A stretch of DNA of 64,000 nucleotides, from NCBI GenBank assembly GCA_965242965.1, contig OZ251518.1:1664001-1728000 (forward strand), given 5' to 3'. Shown here in pieces: positions 10,265 through 20,066 of this stretch. The notes under the pieces are model-generated. The model was not told the origin of the DNA. It made no database searches and saw only the letters and a list, made by a program, of their open reading frames with translations. Origin of the DNA: Candidatus Poribacteria bacterium. Lineage in GTDB: Bacteria > Poribacteria > WGA-4E > WGA-3G. Every line of letters starts with the position of its first letter. Position 1 is the stretch's first letter. Both the position numbers and the translations under genes were made by a program.

Positions 10265-10310
10265 AATTAATTTTTTTCGATAAAATTTCGTCAGGAATTC
10301 CACGATAGCC

Positions 10311-10709
10311 TCAGAAGGCATCGTTCACCTCTGTCAATCCCAACTCTGCACTCATCTCTCGCAAGGTTTTCCCGCGCCGCTTTCCTAAAGCCATCAGGCT
10401 TTCGATGCGCTTCAGGTTCCTGGCATACAACTCGCTCAGCAACGCCTGATACTCCGCAAGTTCAACATCGGTGATGGTTTCATCCTCGCATTTGCGCCAC
10501 AACGCCTGATACCGCTGATGCTTTTCGCCCGGCAGACATGAATTTTCGTAGATAGAGGCTAACAGCGCGGTTTCGTCTGGAATGTCCCGCAGCTTCTGCC
10601 ACTCGGCAAACCGTTCGGTAAACTCCCACAATTCGGTGGGAGATAACTGTCTGACGTTATCAAGCAGGCATTCTACCGTTAATTGCCTCGTTCCTTCGTT
10701 GATTGACAT
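10311..10709 (-). CDS. Small helical hypothetical protein (antitoxin-like)
   Basis: ATG at 10709 after AGGAGG; 132 aa; RYQAL..K...E..EYQAL..R pattern resembles small proteins found upstream of HNH nucleases (recollection). Confidence 0.7.
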   Translation of the reverse strand: MSINEGTRQLTVECLLDNVRQLSPTELWEFTERFAEWQKLRDIPDETALLASIYENSCLPGEKHQRYQALWRKCEDETITDVELAEYQALLSELYARNLKRIESLMALGKRRGKTLREMSAELGLTEVNDAF

Positions 10710-10773
10710 CTCTTTCCTCCTATATGGTATTTTGGTTAAATTTCGTGATACCCCGAACGATTCCGTTTCCCCG

Positions 10774-11019
10774 GTAGGAGAGACCTCCTGGTCTCGATGC
10801 ACCACCGTAGCGCGGGGGCCTGTCCCCCGCGATCGTTGGATGCCGCGTGCGCGGACGATGGCGAGGGACAGGCCCTCGCCCTACGATAACACGAACCGTT
10901 ATTTCCCGTAGCGCGGGGGCCTGTCCCCCGCGATCTCCATCGTCCCGATGTGTGTTTCCCCATCTGTAGTTTGTGATCGCCTGATCACAAACAGGTCAGG
11001 ATCAGGCGATCCTGACCTA
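10774..11019. repeat. Intergenic REP-like cluster
   Basis: GTAG hairpins of at least four families. Confidence 0.88.
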
Positions 11020-12450
11020 ATTTATCTCCTTAATGTCAAGTGTTTTTAGCGTGCGGAATTCTCCCAAAACAGCAAGGCCTCCCCCATAAAACAACACCGC
11101 CAACGGAATCAACACCCAAACCGACAGCAACCCTCTCATCAAAACTAAACCCACTCCCATCAAAACCGAAAGGACAACCGCCTTGACAATAAATCCCGTT
11201 TCGGTAAGTTTGGCAAGCCGCTTTGAGATGTAGCCGAACCCGACGATGAGCAGATACGCCTCGCTAATACACATCGCTATCGCCGCACCGACGTGGCTGA
11301 AGCGCGGAATGAGGAACAGATTCAAACCGATGTTCAGCAGTGCCGTTGTCGCCATTAGGAGCGAAAACGCACGGCGTTTATCCGCTGCGCGGAGCACCGT
11401 CAGAACCACAGTCGTTAGGAAGATGAGGCCGCCGGAACCTCCGAGCCATCGCAATGCTGCCGCGATGTTATCTACCGTCTCTGCAGTAAACAACGCTGCG
11501 GTAATCTCGTGGGAGAGGGTTGTAAGCCCCACGGCGAACGGGATGCCGCTCAGCACCATCCATCGCACGCCGAACGTGTATGCCTTCGGGAAATCACCCG
11601 GTGCCTTCTCAAATGCGCGGGAGAGAACGGGAAACATCGCGCCCATCATGAACGCGCCCGGCAGAATTGTGAACGCGTTGACCAGCGTATACGCTAAACC
11701 ATACCACGAATTCGCCTCCACGCCGTCCGGACTCAGTTTTGACAACAGCACCGCGTCGATGCGAAAGTAGACTAGGTTGAAGAGATTGCCGACTGCGAAC
11801 GGCAATGCCTGTCGCATCAGCACTGAGATAATCTGCCAGTTCAACTTAAAACGGAGCGGCGTAAATCGGTAACGGGTTACTGCAACGCTCAATAGCAAAT
11901 TGATGCAACTCGCCGCGAGCATGACTTGACAGATAGTCACCAGTCCATAACCGAGCAAAATCGCGCCGCCGCCGATGAGGACGAAAGCACCGCGTTCTGC
12001 CACCACCGTCAGTGCCTCATATTTCATCTGTTCGTGCGCGCGGAAGACGCAACGATACAGTTGCGCGATAGAATTCGCAATCTCTGCCAACCCTAAAAAA
12101 ACTATCATCTTGACGATGAGCGGGGTGTAGCCGAGTTGCACGCCGCTCATCACCATGATGGCATAAGCGATGAGCGATAGGACTCCGCGCACGAGGAGCG
12201 CGTTGCCGAGAAATTGCCGAGTGCGCGGCAAGTCCAGCGTCATCTCCCGGATGAGCGGGTTTTGAAGTCCCAATTCTGTCAAAATTGCGATGAGGTTCGT
12301 CAGCGCAATCGCGACGAAGTAGCCGCCGAGCGCGCTTTCGGTAAAATACCGCGGCATCAGCCAGATGGTTATCACTAGCGCGCCGAGTCTACCCAGGAGG
12401 TGCGCGCCAAAAAGTGTGGACGTGTTTTGGAATATTTTTGTTGTTCGCAT
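11017..12450 (-). CDS. Polysaccharide flippase (Wzx/MOP family)
   Basis: Many TM helices; N-terminal KIFQNT...G, ELGL, YFRID motifs; start MRTTK at 12450. Confidence 0.88.
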   Translation of the reverse strand: MRTTKIFQNTSTLFGAHLLGRLGALVITIWLMPRYFTESALGGYFVAIALTNLIAILTELGLQNPLIREMTLDLPRTRQFLGNALLVRGVLSLIAYAIMVMSGVQLGYTPLIVKMIVFLGLAEIANSIAQLYRCVFRAHEQMKYEALTVVAERGAFVLIGGGAILLGYGLVTICQVMLAASCINLLLSVAVTRYRFTPLRFKLNWQIISVLMRQALPFAVGNLFNLVYFRIDAVLLSKLSPDGVEANSWYGLAYTLVNAFTILPGAFMMGAMFPVLSRAFEKAPGDFPKAYTFGVRWMVLSGIPFAVGLTTLSHEITAALFTAETVDNIAAALRWLGGSGGLIFLTTVVLTVLRAADKRRAFSLLMATTALLNIGLNLFLIPRFSHVGAAIAMCISEAYLLIVGFGYISKRLAKLTETGFIVKAVVLSVLMGVGLVLMRGLLSVWVLIPLAVLFYGGGLAVLGEFRTLKTLDIKEIN

Positions 12451-12490
12451 CGGTGGCGTGCTTACGCGATGCAATGCACGCAGTTTGTAT

Positions 12491-12710
12491 GAGGGTGTTT
12501 CATATATCGCTCAGCGTCGCGGTGAAACCCGCTCGGATGCGCGTGTGGCATCCGAGGGCCCCGCGCTGCGGTGAAAAAAACGCCGCCCGTTCACGTAGGG
12601 CGAGGGCCTGTCCCTCGCCATGTGTTCGGTTGTCAGAGCACATCACCCCTGTAGAGCAGGAGCACCTGCTCCTGATCCGTTCGGGAGCGGGTGCTCCCGA
12701 ACTACAGAGA
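12491..12710. mobile_element. Truncated MITE-like element (left TIR only)
   Basis: GAGGGTGTTTCATA at 12491 followed by the usual hairpin order; no right TIR before the RM gene end at 12733. Confidence 0.6.
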
Positions 12711-12732
12711 TGGGCCCTGCGATGCTATTTTT

Positions 12733-15700
12733 CTACAAAGGCCATCCCCCATGCCGTGCAATTTCCGACTCGATTTCTGTCATCACCGATAGGGTTTCGC
12801 GCAGGGCTTGGCAGATAGACTGATAGTGCCGAATATCCTCTGGCTGCAAGATGCGTCCCTTCCGAACTTTCAACCAATTTTGAGCGGGTGGATACGCGCC
12901 AATCTGAAATTGCCACACTTCTGGGACGACTCCCTCGAAATACTGATGCCTGTTTATCCAGACCTGGCGCGCCGAATTATCATAGCGAACTTGCCCGACA
13001 ACGTTGCTACCCACCACATCAAAGCGAGGTTCGTTTTTATCAACCGTGTCCTCTGGGGTTAGGATATGGCAATTGACTAATCGTTTGCCAAGTTGACACA
13101 ACCCGCGGAAAAGGTTTGGCTGATGTGTAAACGCAACCCGCGGAAAATCGGTTTTGAGGAATTCGGCGTAGCGTTCCCGATAGGTAGGCGCATAAAGCAC
13201 GGCATAGAGATAGTGTAGGACATCCGCCGCGCCGAAAGTTTCGCGTCCATCGCCACAACCGCATCCGATAAAACGCATGCCGAGGTTTGTCGCGAGTTTT
13301 TCGGCAAATCCTTCCGCAAAGTTCGGCTCAGGTTCTTCGCTACCATCAGGGTAACGGTAGAGCGGAAAAAAGTAATGCTGGTCTGCACAGGCCACCATAG
13401 TGTTAGCGACAAAGGCATGGCACCAAGGGGTTGCTTGTGGATTTTGACGGACGGTGACGAGTCCAATATTTGTCCTGCCAAAGAAGTGCTGCATGACAGG
13501 GACACGCGGACTATTGTGGATGCCCTCGGAGCGGCCTGTCCAATACGTGAATTGGATATCAAAGGCACGGTAACAGACAGGGACAGTGTGCTTTTCCCTA
13601 TCCGGATGGGCGCGTAAATCCTCTTGTATGCGCTGCACCGATGCATTTTTGGACAACTTAAAGCGGCTGCGCGCCTCAGCCTCTGACAGCGCACAAAATC
13701 TATTGACAGTCTGATAGACTTCCTCTCGCGTCCACTGAAATGCCAATCTATTTTTCCCGCTTATGATACCGATGGAGTTAACCGGAAAAATTTCCCTCAT
13801 GCCGAGCCCCTTCTCATATTCTTCCCGGTAAGTTCCCTCTTTGGGAACGAGGAAATAGTTAGGCGACATCGGAGAAAGTTCACGCCACTTCGTGGTGTGG
13901 ATATCGTTTTCCGATAACCAGTCTGTTTTGCTGGCGCGGTTCCCCCAAAGATCTGCGTAAAATACGCGGCAAGGCCCTTTCGCGTTTCCTTCCTTCTTGA
14001 CAAAGAAACCGATTGCAACGCCTTGCTGGATGTCAAACACGTTCTCGTCTTTCCCACCGTCGGGAGTTCTCTCTTTTTTTCGGAGATTCCCGTGTAGATT
14101 GAGCAGGTAGATTTCGTCAAACGCGTTCAGCAAACTTTCCCGCATCCCCTTGAAGGTGAGGTTATCAAGGTAGCCGTGGTTGGTAATGCAACCGAGCACG
14201 CCATAACCTGTCCGTTCAATATGCCACTGCGCGAACCTGAAAAATTTGACGTAGTCGTCATTGAGCATTTTCGGGTTTCTCTCGTTGAGCGGCTGTCCAT
14301 CGACTTGGAAGTAGTTCGCTGTCGCAATGTCGCTACCGTCGGAGCCGCGCAGCAAGTTATGAATCCAATCGCTTTTGTTTGCGGAGTTGACAGCGTAAGG
14401 CGGGTTGCCGAGGATTACCATCAGTTGATACAACTTCTTAATCTTGATGGCGGCATCGCCTTCCTTCGCGATAGGGTTTTCTTCCGCGAGATAGAGTTGC
14501 AAGTCACGTTCATCCAGCGTATTGGTGAGGTAAACGTGCAGCCGTTCGTCTTCCGTAAAGTGGTATCCCATTCCGGCGAGGTGCTGCGTTAAACTGAGGT
14601 GACACATCGCATACGGTGCCACCATCAGTTCAAAACCGAATAGGCGCGGCAAGAGATGTTTCCGAACGTAATCAGGCCAGGTTTCCGGCGAATTACCTCG
14701 CGAGGTTATGTAGACATTATGCACCTTATCAACGACGTGCCGCAGGAAAGTGCCGGTGCCGGTAGCCGGATCGAGAATTGTTACCCGCGGTTGCGTTCGC
14801 GCTGCGCCGCTGTGTTGCGCGACGGTTTCGGTATCGGCGAGCCCATCGGGAATGCCGAAATCTCTCTGCAAAATCTGGTGAACGCTGCGCACAATGTAAG
14901 AGACAACAGCATCCGGCGTGTAGTATACCCCGCGCAACTTCTTTTCGTTCGGATTATACGCCTTTAAGAACGTCTCATAAAAATGGATAATGGCATCGCC
15001 TTGGGAGACATCCTTCAGGAGGGTGTGGATATCGAGTTCCTCAAGGAATGCCACCAAGTCGTCTACAATCCAGTTCAGGTCTGCGTCAAGCAGGATTTCT
15101 TGTGAAAGCAGGTTTGCATCTTCCTGAAGTCCCTTATCGGCACGCGTGAAAATCGCGTGCAGGAACGGGCTCGTTTTCAGGAAACCTTTCACTGCACTCT
15201 CACGTGTAAACGGCCCGGTTTTGTGTTCGGCGCGGGCGGCAAACAGGCCATACGTCATCGTTTGTGCTATCATGTCCGCGAATTGTGACGGAGATAACCC
15301 TTCAACCAGATGCTCTTTAAACGCCGCGAAGAGTTCGCCGAGTTTTGAGGCATTATCGTTTTCTAGGATACGGCTTATCCCGTAGCGAAGGAGAAGTGCC
15401 TTCTGACTCAGCCGTTCCGCCAAGTCTTCCGGGCTAATTACGACGACAGGTTGATAGCCGTAGATGAAGGCGTTCAGCAAATCACTGATGTCGGATGCGT
15501 TGTCCGGCAAATACTGGATATGCCGATGCGAGATGTCACCAAGCCGAACGCTTTGATGCTTTTCGCTCTGACGATACAGGCGGAATTCGAGATAATCTGT
15601 CAGAATCAGATTCTCTAACCCGTTGCGATATCTTTGGAGCTGCTCCGTTTCCTCAACGCTGTCAAGGTTGGCACCGATATTCTTCGCCTCAATGTAGCCG

Positions 15701-15912
15701 ACCGGCTGCTGATTCTTGAGAATGAGCATGTCCGGTGCGTTGCGGCCGAGATGCGTCGGTTCGTTGATTACCGTATACGCATCGGATTTCAGAAAATCGG
15801 TGAGTAATCGCTCAAGATTTGAGCGATACGTATGTTCGGTTGCGCGGCCGCTGTGCCATTTCTGCTCTATTTCTCTGAGATACGCCTTAAACAAGGTAGT
15901 TTCCCTCCTCAA
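12733..15912 (-). CDS. Single-polypeptide restriction-modification enzyme (Type IIG, type ISP-like C-terminal TRD)
   Basis: PD..IEAK nuclease motif, GVYYTP, DPATGTG, GNPPY, RYAEFLKTDFPRV; start may be TTG at 15894 after GAGGAGG. Confidence 0.9.
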   Translation of the reverse strand: MRRETTLFKAYLREIEQKWHSGRATEHTYRSNLERLLTDFLKSDAYTVINEPTHLGRNAPDMLILKNQQPVGYIEAKNIGANLDSVEETEQLQRYRNGLENLILTDYLEFRLYRQSEKHQSVRLGDISHRHIQYLPDNASDISDLLNAFIYGYQPVVVISPEDLAERLSQKALLLRYGISRILENDNASKLGELFAAFKEHLVEGLSPSQFADMIAQTMTYGLFAARAEHKTGPFTRESAVKGFLKTSPFLHAIFTRADKGLQEDANLLSQEILLDADLNWIVDDLVAFLEELDIHTLLKDVSQGDAIIHFYETFLKAYNPNEKKLRGVYYTPDAVVSYIVRSVHQILQRDFGIPDGLADTETVAQHSGAARTQPRVTILDPATGTGTFLRHVVDKVHNVYITSRGNSPETWPDYVRKHLLPRLFGFELMVAPYAMCHLSLTQHLAGMGYHFTEDERLHVYLTNTLDERDLQLYLAEENPIAKEGDAAIKIKKLYQLMVILGNPPYAVNSANKSDWIHNLLRGSDGSDIATANYFQVDGQPLNERNPKMLNDDYVKFFRFAQWHIERTGYGVLGCITNHGYLDNLTFKGMRESLLNAFDEIYLLNLHGNLRKKERTPDGGKDENVFDIQQGVAIGFFVKKEGNAKGPCRVFYADLWGNRASKTDWLSENDIHTTKWRELSPMSPNYFLVPKEGTYREEYEKGLGMREIFPVNSIGIISGKNRLAFQWTREEVYQTVNRFCALSEAEARSRFKLSKNASVQRIQEDLRAHPDREKHTVPVCYRAFDIQFTYWTGRSEGIHNSPRVPVMQHFFGRTNIGLVTVRQNPQATPWCHAFVANTMVACADQHYFFPLYRYPDGSEEPEPNFAEGFAEKLATNLGMRFIGCGCGDGRETFGAADVLHYLYAVLYAPTYRERYAEFLKTDFPRVAFTHQPNLFRGLCQLGKRLVNCHILTPEDTVDKNEPRFDVVGSNVVGQVRYDNSARQVWINRHQYFEGVVPEVWQFQIGAYPPAQNWLKVRKGRILQPEDIRHYQSICQALRETLSVMTEIESEIARHGGWPL

Positions 15913-16685
15913 TAGAGCCCTATTCTAACATAGTTCGGCACTAAAGTCCAATAGTTATCGCCATCGCCATTTTGCAAGCGTTGCGCGCCGAGATGCGCGA
16001 CTGTCGCCCCGCGAGGCGCATTGAAGATCGCATCGGCGAAGCGGATTTCTTCACCGAGTGCTGTCTGCACCGCGTCCGCGTATCTCTCAAGTCCATCGCC
16101 GACGAAGGTGCATTGCAGTAGGCGTGCCCTCCTGTTCTCGCCTTCCGGTAGGAGAGACCTCCCGGTCTCGTTTCTTTCGGGTAGGAGAGACCTCCCGGTC
16201 TCGACTCCCCCCGGTAGGAGAGACCTCCTGGTCTCGATTTCCGCAAGAACTGCCTCAATCGGTAAACACCAATCATCGGTGAGGCGTTGCCATTCGTCAC
16301 CACCGCGGAAGATAGCACCGTAACTCTCATTCCGCCGCGCGTCAAGGATAGGACAGATGAGCCCTTCAGTCCAGCGCAGATTGTAGGCGATTGCCTCCAG
16401 CGTTGAAACGCCGATGATGGGTTTGTCAAGCGCGTAACAGAGGGATTTGATTGTTGCAATGCCGATGCGGATGCCGGTGAATGAACCGGGGCCGATGCCG
16501 ACAGCGCCTCCATCTAATTCTTCAGCCGTGATGTCGCCCCATTTCAGGACGGTGTCAATCGCCGGCATGAGTCGGGAAGAGTGCGCCTTCACGATATTGA
16601 GCGTATGTTCGGCGACGAGGGATTCGCCATCAATTAAGGCGACGCTTCCGATGGGGGTTGATGTGTCAATACCTAAGATTTTCAT
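15909..16685 (-). CDS. tsaB: tRNA threonylcarbamoyladenosine biosynthesis protein TsaB, with in-frame repeat insertion
   Basis: ILGIDTS, HS..LMP, GPGSFTGIRIG, DARR, LVPNYVR. Confidence 0.93.
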   Translation of the reverse strand: MKILGIDTSTPIGSVALIDGESLVAEHTLNIVKAHSSRLMPAIDTVLKWGDITAEELDGGAVGIGPGSFTGIRIGIATIKSLCYALDKPIIGVSTLEAIAYNLRWTEGLICPILDARRNESYGAIFRGGDEWQRLTDDWCLPIEAVLAEIETRRSLLPGGVETGRSLLPERNETGRSLLPEGENRRARLLQCTFVGDGLERYADAVQTALGEEIRFADAIFNAPRGATVAHLGAQRLQNGDGDNYWTLVPNYVRIGLY

Positions 16686-17674
16686 TCCAATTCAACCAAT
16701 AGTTCTGAATCGTAATTCAGCCTTTGCTCCTGTTCTTGTAGAATTGCTTTTGGCGTGACAGAGGCTTGCACGTCATCGGAAAGTATGACAGGCAAAATTT
16801 TGTCCAACGCCGCTTGCAGTTCGCCGGTAAACGGGCGGCACGGAATAGAGAGTTCGTTAAGCACCTGCTCAAATCGCTGATACCCGTTGTCTGCCTGAAG
16901 TTCCACCCAGAGGATGTTATCCGCGTCCATCTGGGTTTTGTTTGCTTCAGAGAGTTTATTGGCAACCAGCACACGGCTTCCGCGCGCGTAGACCGCGTCT
17001 GCACTTTCGGGATTGCCTCTGCCCATGAGTTTCACTTCGCAGCGATGCCGCGTTCCAGTATCATCAAGCAGATAAAAATCCGCTTCACGCAATGAATCTG
17101 GAATCTCGCCCTGGTCGAAGAATTTCCTAGGCACTTGGAAAAGGGCACAAAGCGTTGCCATCAAAGGTTTTTCGACTTGCTTCCCCGCGGTGCTCCACAA
17201 GCCGCCGCGAAGTGCAGAACGTTTGACTGCCAGCGTGTTGATGACAACCAAACTCTCGTTAAGAGTCAAGTCAACGCTTACGTGACGCAGTTTTATGGTT
17301 AATGTTACGTCAACGTCGTCCTGCCCTGTGAGGCTGTTAATCGCGTCGTAGAGAGCATCGTAGTGTTCCAACGATGCCTCTAGCACGATTTTCTTGCTCG
17401 CCGAATTATACATGTTGGAGATAGTTTTCATGTTCATGCCCGAATGAATGGCTACCTCCTCCTTGGTCAGGGACTCATTGCAGAGGAGTTCCTTTCTATA
17501 CCAATCGGCGGTTACGGCTTCATTATCCAACTTCGCGTGCGCAATGCGTTTGAAAAAATCCACAACGTATTGCAAGAACTCGGCATCGATTAGGGTAATG
17601 ACTTCCGACCGGTAATCTTCACCCGCGATGAGTTTGCGAATGATATTCTTGATGACGGATCCGGTAACAGTCAC
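16682..17674 (-). CDS. CfrBI-family Type II restriction endonuclease
   Basis: INTLAVKR..LRGGLWSTAGK.VEKPLM and CEVKLMGRGNPESAD motifs; coupled to the MTase by a GTGA overlap. Confidence 0.85.
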   Translation of the reverse strand: MTVTGSVIKNIIRKLIAGEDYRSEVITLIDAEFLQYVVDFFKRIAHAKLDNEAVTADWYRKELLCNESLTKEEVAIHSGMNMKTISNMYNSASKKIVLEASLEHYDALYDAINSLTGQDDVDVTLTIKLRHVSVDLTLNESLVVINTLAVKRSALRGGLWSTAGKQVEKPLMATLCALFQVPRKFFDQGEIPDSLREADFYLLDDTGTRHRCEVKLMGRGNPESADAVYARGSRVLVANKLSEANKTQMDADNILWVELQADNGYQRFEQVLNELSIPCRPFTGELQAALDKILPVILSDDVQASVTPKAILQEQEQRLNYDSELLVELE

Positions 17675-19074
17675 GGTTTGTGATTCCTCCGTTCTTCAGT
17701 TTTAAGTTCTGCCAAGGACAGGCTCCTTGGCGGCTGTTCGGGTGAAAAGAGGGACACGTCAAGCTGTTGCATCGCGCGCGCCACGTATTCTTCCTCTTTT
17801 TCACAGAGGAGAAAATACCTTTCAAGTGCCATCGCTGCTTGTCCAACGGTGCCGCTTCCCCCAAACGGGTCGAACACCAAGTCGCCTTTGAAGGAATAGA
17901 ATTGGATGACGCGCGCCGCCAACTCAACCGGAAAGACAGCCGGATGCACTTTGTCCGATGAGGGATTGATGTGCCAGACATTTGTCTTTTCATAATCCCC
18001 TACGATTCGGCTGGCCTCAATGGTTTCCTCGTCATATTGACGCATGTTCCAATCGAGCAGCTTGTTCGTTTTCTTCCGATAAACCATAACCGATTCGGTG
18101 ACAGAATTCGCCTTGTAACCGAGCGGTTTGCGGTGTTGAAAGAAACCTCCGTTCCGGTTCTTCGCGGCGTAATCCGGTTTCACCCAAGTGATGTCATCAA
18201 TAAACTCCCACCCGATTTCGGTGAGGCGCGGGTGGATGTCGTAAGGGATGGCATACCGCGTGCTCGCATGCGCACGACTGATACGCGGCACGATGACAGG
18301 GGACGTATTCAATACGAAGAACCGTCCCTCTTTCGTAATCCGATGCGTCTCCGCGAAGACAGTTACGAGAAATTCAAGATACGCCTCGTAACTCTCGAAA
18401 ATCGTGTAATCGCGCGCATTGTAGTAGGGCGGCGACGTGAAGGTGAGATGCACCGACGCAGTCGGGATTGCTCGCAAAACTTCACTCACATCCGCACAGA
18501 CAACCACGTTTTTCAGGAAATCGGGACTGAGGGGATGCGGCTGCCGTTGCGCGTTATCCTCAATCCCGCCGCCGGGTGTCAACGCCTGCTTGACGTGTTC
18601 GCGGAGCAATTCGTTCGGGTGTTCGCGCAACGGCGTTAAGCACCGCTGAACTTCCGGATGTTCCTTGAAGCAGAGCAAGCCGCGCACCGCCTGCAGGATA
18701 ATCTTCGGATCTGCGTCTGTCAGGAACTGTTTCAGCACCGGAATCGCCTTCTCGGTTTTGAGCCTGCCGATTGCCGAGACTCCCTCGCGGCGCGCCAGCG
18801 TATTTTTCTCGGCACGCGCGAACGCTGACATCGCCTCTAGGAACGTTTCGTCTTTCAGTTTCCCAACGTTTTTCACGGCGAGACAGCGAATCTTCGGGTT
18901 TGAATGCGCGAACAACGGCAGAAAAACCTCTCCATCAAACCCTTTTGGCAATCTGCCCAGGTTTTCGAGGGTGAAGAGGAGTGTCTGCTCCGGTGTGTTC
19001 GTCGCGAGCACGCGCGCGAAAAATGGCGCGTTCGCCCGCAATTTTTCGTTCTCAATCTGCAATTTCGTTATCAT
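17671..19074 (-). CDS. N4-C/N6-A (beta class) DNA methyltransferase with N-terminal HEAT-like repeats
   Basis: TSPPY before DPFGGSG; HPAVFP; N-terminal helical repeats (IRCLAVKNVGKL, ARREGVSAIGRL, ILQAVRGL). Confidence 0.9.
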   Translation of the reverse strand: MITKLQIENEKLRANAPFFARVLATNTPEQTLLFTLENLGRLPKGFDGEVFLPLFAHSNPKIRCLAVKNVGKLKDETFLEAMSAFARAEKNTLARREGVSAIGRLKTEKAIPVLKQFLTDADPKIILQAVRGLLCFKEHPEVQRCLTPLREHPNELLREHVKQALTPGGGIEDNAQRQPHPLSPDFLKNVVVCADVSEVLRAIPTASVHLTFTSPPYYNARDYTIFESYEAYLEFLVTVFAETHRITKEGRFFVLNTSPVIVPRISRAHASTRYAIPYDIHPRLTEIGWEFIDDITWVKPDYAAKNRNGGFFQHRKPLGYKANSVTESVMVYRKKTNKLLDWNMRQYDEETIEASRIVGDYEKTNVWHINPSSDKVHPAVFPVELAARVIQFYSFKGDLVFDPFGGSGTVGQAAMALERYFLLCEKEEEYVARAMQQLDVSLFSPEQPPRSLSLAELKTEERRNHKP

Positions 19075-19129
19075 TTTAGACCTTTTTGTCGATTTTTTGA
19101 CAATTTTTCGCAAAAAAGTGCAATTTAAT

Positions 19130-19158
19130 TTGCATTTTGCTCAAAATTGTGGTATAAT
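19130..19158 (+). promoter_or_regulatory. sigma70 promoter of tRNA-Ala
   Basis: TTGCAT-17-TATAAT with TG extension. Confidence 0.7.
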
Positions 19159-19181
19159 TAAAACAATCACATCAATAATGT

Positions 19182-19254
<73 letters not shown>

Positions 19255-19327
19255 CTTCTTCTTTTTGCGCCTTCCTTATCGCCTTCCCATTTTCCAAAGT
19301 CCCGCTAAAAAAACGCTTCCTCTTCAC

Positions 19328-19560
19328 GTAGGGCGAGGGCCCTCGGATGCCACACGCGCATCCGAGCGGTTTTCCCTCGCCATGCGTTTTGGTGTCAGCC
19401 CGCATCCCCCCTGTAAGTCAGGATCGCCTGATCCTGACCCGTTCGGGAGCGGGCGCTCCCGAACTACAGAGGTGGGCCCGATGCCTACCGGTAGGAGAGA
19501 CCTCCTGGTCTCGATTAAGCGGCCACGTGTGAGAGCGCGCGGTTTGAAACCGCGTCTACG
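19328..19560. repeat. REP-like cluster downstream of the tRNA
   Basis: GTAG hairpins plus GCGCGGTTTGAAACCGCG palindrome. Confidence 0.85.
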
Positions 19561-19585
19561 GTGTTTTTTCTGCGTCCATTTTAAT

Positions 19586-19880
19586 GAGGGTGTTTCATAA
19601 ATCGCCCAACGTCGCGGGGGACAGGCCCCCGCGCTACGATGAAAAAACGCCTCCCCTTTACGTAGGGCGAGGGCCTGTCCCTCGCCATGCGTTTTGGAGT
19701 CAGACTGCATCACCCCCGTAGGTCAGGATCGCCTGATCCTGACCCGTTCGGGTGCAGGCGCTCCCGAACTACAGAGGTGGGCCCGATGCCTTACGGTAGG
19801 AGGGACATCCTTGTCCCGATACGGAAAATCAAGACCAGGAGGTCTCTCCTACCGAACACATTGAAATATGAAACATCCTC
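19586..19880. mobile_element. MITE-like element copy 3
   Basis: TIRs at 19586 and 19867-19880; flanks ATTTTAAT / GTTTTAAT (7/8). Confidence 0.8.
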
Positions 19881-20066
19881 GTTTTAATAGGTTAACATAT
19901 CATATCAAAATTGTCAAGAAAAATCCGCTGATAAACAGAGGCATTCTGTCATCCAAAAACTGAAACGTCCTAATAATTCTTGCTTGAAAAAATGAAATAG
20001 GGTAAAATACGAATAAACGAAAAGGCTTCTTGCTTTAACCTGCGGACATGTGATAGTATAAATCTC

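Noticed and set aside
6561-19074. REP hairpins as integron attC sites for RM gene cassettes
   Set aside because: No consistent RYYYAAC/GTTRRRY ends, no integrase, and the same hairpins flank core genes.
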